Virus record (IMG/VR): IMGVR_UViG_3300025132_008330
Coordinates: 1-57,716 of that record
Length of the DNA: 57,716 bases
From: a virus
Taxonomy: Duplodnaviria; Caudoviricetes
Strand: one strand, 5' to 3'
Positions 56,208 to 57,716 of the stretch are shown piece after piece. The notes under the pieces are model-generated. The model saw nothing but the letters and a program-made list of their open reading frames with translations, was not told where the DNA came from and did no database searches. The translations under genes were made by a program, and so were the position numbers. How positions within the stretch are numbered: position 1 is the stretch's first letter; each line of letters begins with the position of its first letter.

Positions 56208-56909
56208 TTACTCCATATTTGCTAAAGTTTCAAGCTTATTATACAATACGGGGCTAATATTTGCAAGGTATTTGTGATCTTTAAATAAGAAATATGCTTC
56301 GAAACCTCTTGCGAAGTATTCTCGTACAGAAGTGGCTGCGTATGGCGAGTAAAACAATCCATTAATGTAATTTCCAAGCTTTTTATATCCTACTTGATTA
56401 ACAAGATAATCGTCAAACTTGGCATCATAATCTAAATCATGAAATAAATTTTTATATTCTTGTGAATTTTCGTTATTTGCTTTTAATATTTGATATAACC
56501 TTTCTCTCTTGCCCAAAAACTCCCTTTGAAGTCTTCCATCTCCATATATATGATTAGAGTGTCTCTCTTCCACCGAATGGGCTATCTCGTGAACAATATC
56601 GTCTGCCATGTCTTTGGCATTATCTTGTACATTAATAACATATATTGCACCATCTTCATATGCTGCATTAAATCTTTTTTCTTGAAACTCTTGAAAATCA
56701 CCGATGTATATTACATCAATGCCGGATGCAAGGTATGGTGGTACACTCTTTTGTACCATATCTATAACTTGTTTTATGTTACTACTTCCATCCAAAAAAA
56801 ATAAATCTGGATTTATATAAACAGGAATGGAGTTGAACAAGAAATGTTCTTTTGAATTATTTTTACTTCTGGATGAAGATTCGTTTATATATTTTTTAAG
56901 GTTGCTCAT
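56208..56909 (-). CDS. HEXXH zinc metallopeptidase-like protein
   Basis: IVHEIAHSV plus downstream SPYAATSVREYFARGF with a third-ligand Glu (gluzincin/ATLF-like arrangement). Confidence 0.65.
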   Translation of the reverse strand: MSNLKKYINESSSRSKNNSKEHFLFNSIPVYINPDLFFLDGSSNIKQVIDMVQKSVPPYLASGIDVIYIGDFQEFQEKRFNAAYEDGAIYVINVQDNAKDMADDIVHEIAHSVEERHSNHIYGDGRLQREFLGKRERLYQILKANNENSQEYKNLFHDLDYDAKFDDYLVNQVGYKKLGNYINGLFYSPYAATSVREYFARGFEAYFLFKDHKYLANISPVLYNKLETLANME

Positions 56910-57207
56910 CTGTTTCGCTATTTTTTAATTCCTGCTCTACTAACCTCTCTCCAACCTCAACATCAACCATTGCCTGTTGATACCCTCTGATCCAATTTTC
57001 TTCAGCAACAGTTAAAACAAACTCGGGAAATTCTTTCGCTAAAGTGTTAACAATCATCTCAACAGTCACTTCATCATTTTCTGGTTTTTCTTTTTCTCCA
57101 ACATATTCTACAAGAAAAGTTTTTAATTCATTTTCCTTGTCAACTGCTTGATTAGAGACCTCTTGATATTGACTTAAATCAACATCATTAAAATTAATTT
57201 CATTCAT
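56896..57207 (-). CDS. Hypothetical acidic protein
   Basis: 103 aa ORF with GGAG SD directly downstream of the tRNA. Confidence 0.75.
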   Translation of the reverse strand: MNEINFNDVDLSQYQEVSNQAVDKENELKTFLVEYVGEKEKPENDEVTVEMIVNTLAKEFPEFVLTVAEENWIRGYQQAMVDVEVGERLVEQELKNSETDEQP

Positions 57208-57222
57208 TTTTTTCTCCGTATT

Positions 57223-57299
57223 TGGTGGACCCCCTCGGACTCGAACCGAGGACCTAACCGTTATGAGCGGTGTGCTCTAACCAACTGAGCTAGAGGTCC
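57223..57299 (-). tRNA. tRNA with CAU anticodon, probably tRNA-Ile2 (lysidine type)
   Basis: GGACCTC TA GCTC AGTTGGTTA GAGC A CACCG CTCATAA CGGTT AGGTC CTCGG TTCGAGT CCGAG GGGGTCC A CCA: complete cloverleaf with encoded CCA. G1-C72 is paired and there are no three G-C pairs in the anticodon stem, so it is not the initiator. C4-G69 and C5-G68 are present. Confidence 0.9.
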
Positions 57300-57309
57300 A
57301 ATATAAAAC

Positions 57310-57338
57310 AATATAGTGCAATATTTAAGCTTTGTCAA
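57310..57338 (-). promoter_or_regulatory. Sigma70-type promoter for the tRNA and downstream operon
   Basis: TTGACA (57338-57333), 17 nt spacer, TATATT (57315-57310), 10 nt upstream of the tRNA. Confidence 0.8.
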
Positions 57339-57346
57339 GAAAAAAG

Positions 57347-57716
57347 TTATAAAATCTTTGCTGCTAGAGTAGCAACCTTTGACCGCTCGCCTTTCTGGAG
57401 GGTAATGTGACCTGATATATCGTGTTCTTTAAACTTTTCAACAGCATAGGTAAGTCCGTTGGAAGTCTCGTCGATGTAAATATTGTCGATTTGCTCGATA
57501 TCACCAGTAAGAATTATTTTTGTTCCCTCGCCAACACGGGTAAGGATAGTCTTAAGTTCATGTCGTGTGAGGTTTTGTGCTTCGTCAATAATAATGAAGG
57601 CATTTGTGATAGAACGCCCTCGGATGTATGTGATGGCTTCTATCTCGATCACACCCTTCTCGAAGTACATTTTGACTGTATCTCTATCATTTCCTAGTAA
57701 AAACTCTAGATTATCC
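57347..57716 (-). CDS. phoH: PhoH-family ATPase (C-terminal part; N-terminus outside the window)
   Basis: YIRGRSI, IIDEAQNLT, LTRVGEGTKIILTGDIEQID, SNGL, ERSKVA. The frame stays open to the window edge. Confidence 0.93.
   Translation of the reverse strand, partial: DNLEFLLGNDRDTVKMYFEKGVIEIEAITYIRGRSITNAFIIIDEAQNLTRHELKTILTRVGEGTKIILTGDIEQIDNIYIDETSNGLTYAVEKFKEHDISGHITLQKGERSKVATLAAKIL

Noticed and set aside
57223-57299. tRNA as an attachment site or initiator tRNA-fMet
   Set aside because: No integrase or duplicated tRNA 3' end in the window. It lacks the C1:A72 mismatch and the GGG/CCC anticodon stem of initiators.
55432-57346. CRISPR-Cas locus suggested by the Cas4-like gene
   Set aside because: No repeat-spacer array and no intergenic space for one; no cas1, cas2 or effector genes.
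892-57697. All plus-strand ORFs in the track (e.g. 1813..2205, 11072..11440, 36055..36462)
   Set aside because: Each lies antisense to a longer, motif-bearing minus-strand gene and shows no recognisable motif; they are shadow ORFs, often mirroring low-complexity sequence.
1-57716. Stop-codon reassignment, as seen in some large phages
   Set aside because: Genes up to 9.3 kb are intact in the standard code, coding density is near complete, and TAA, TAG and TGA all end genes at sensible boundaries.

Overview
Fragment of a large, AT-rich, myovirus-like (probably jumbo) bacteriophage genome. Every credible gene is on the minus strand and is read from the window end toward base 1, with the standard genetic code. 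In transcription order it contains: partial phoH; a tRNA with CAU anticodon (probably Ile2); a HEXXH protein; a Cas4/AddB-like nuclease; a ~17 kb, 19-gene nucleotide-sugar and glycosyltransferase operon (Gmd, Fcl-like, RfbB-like, RfbH, split transketolase, CMP-ulosonate synthetase-cupin, a GT29 sialyltransferase-like protein, 7 GTs in total); a sigma-factor-like gene; a ~33 kb baseplate/tail module (gp5-like, gp25, gp6/J, several 1300-3100 aa proteins) preceded by a recurring CTATTTA motif; a RuvC-like resolvase; DNA primase; an inserted Ca-binding lipoprotein; two small SH3-like ORFs; and the start of an Mre11/SbcD-like nuclease. The most interesting candidate system is phage-encoded virion glycosylation: the glycan operon lies next to tail/baseplate proteins that are conspicuously rich in a [S/T]-[G/A/S]-S motif, which could be an O-glycosylation sequon. 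All functional calls rest on motifs recognised by eye; no database searches were run.
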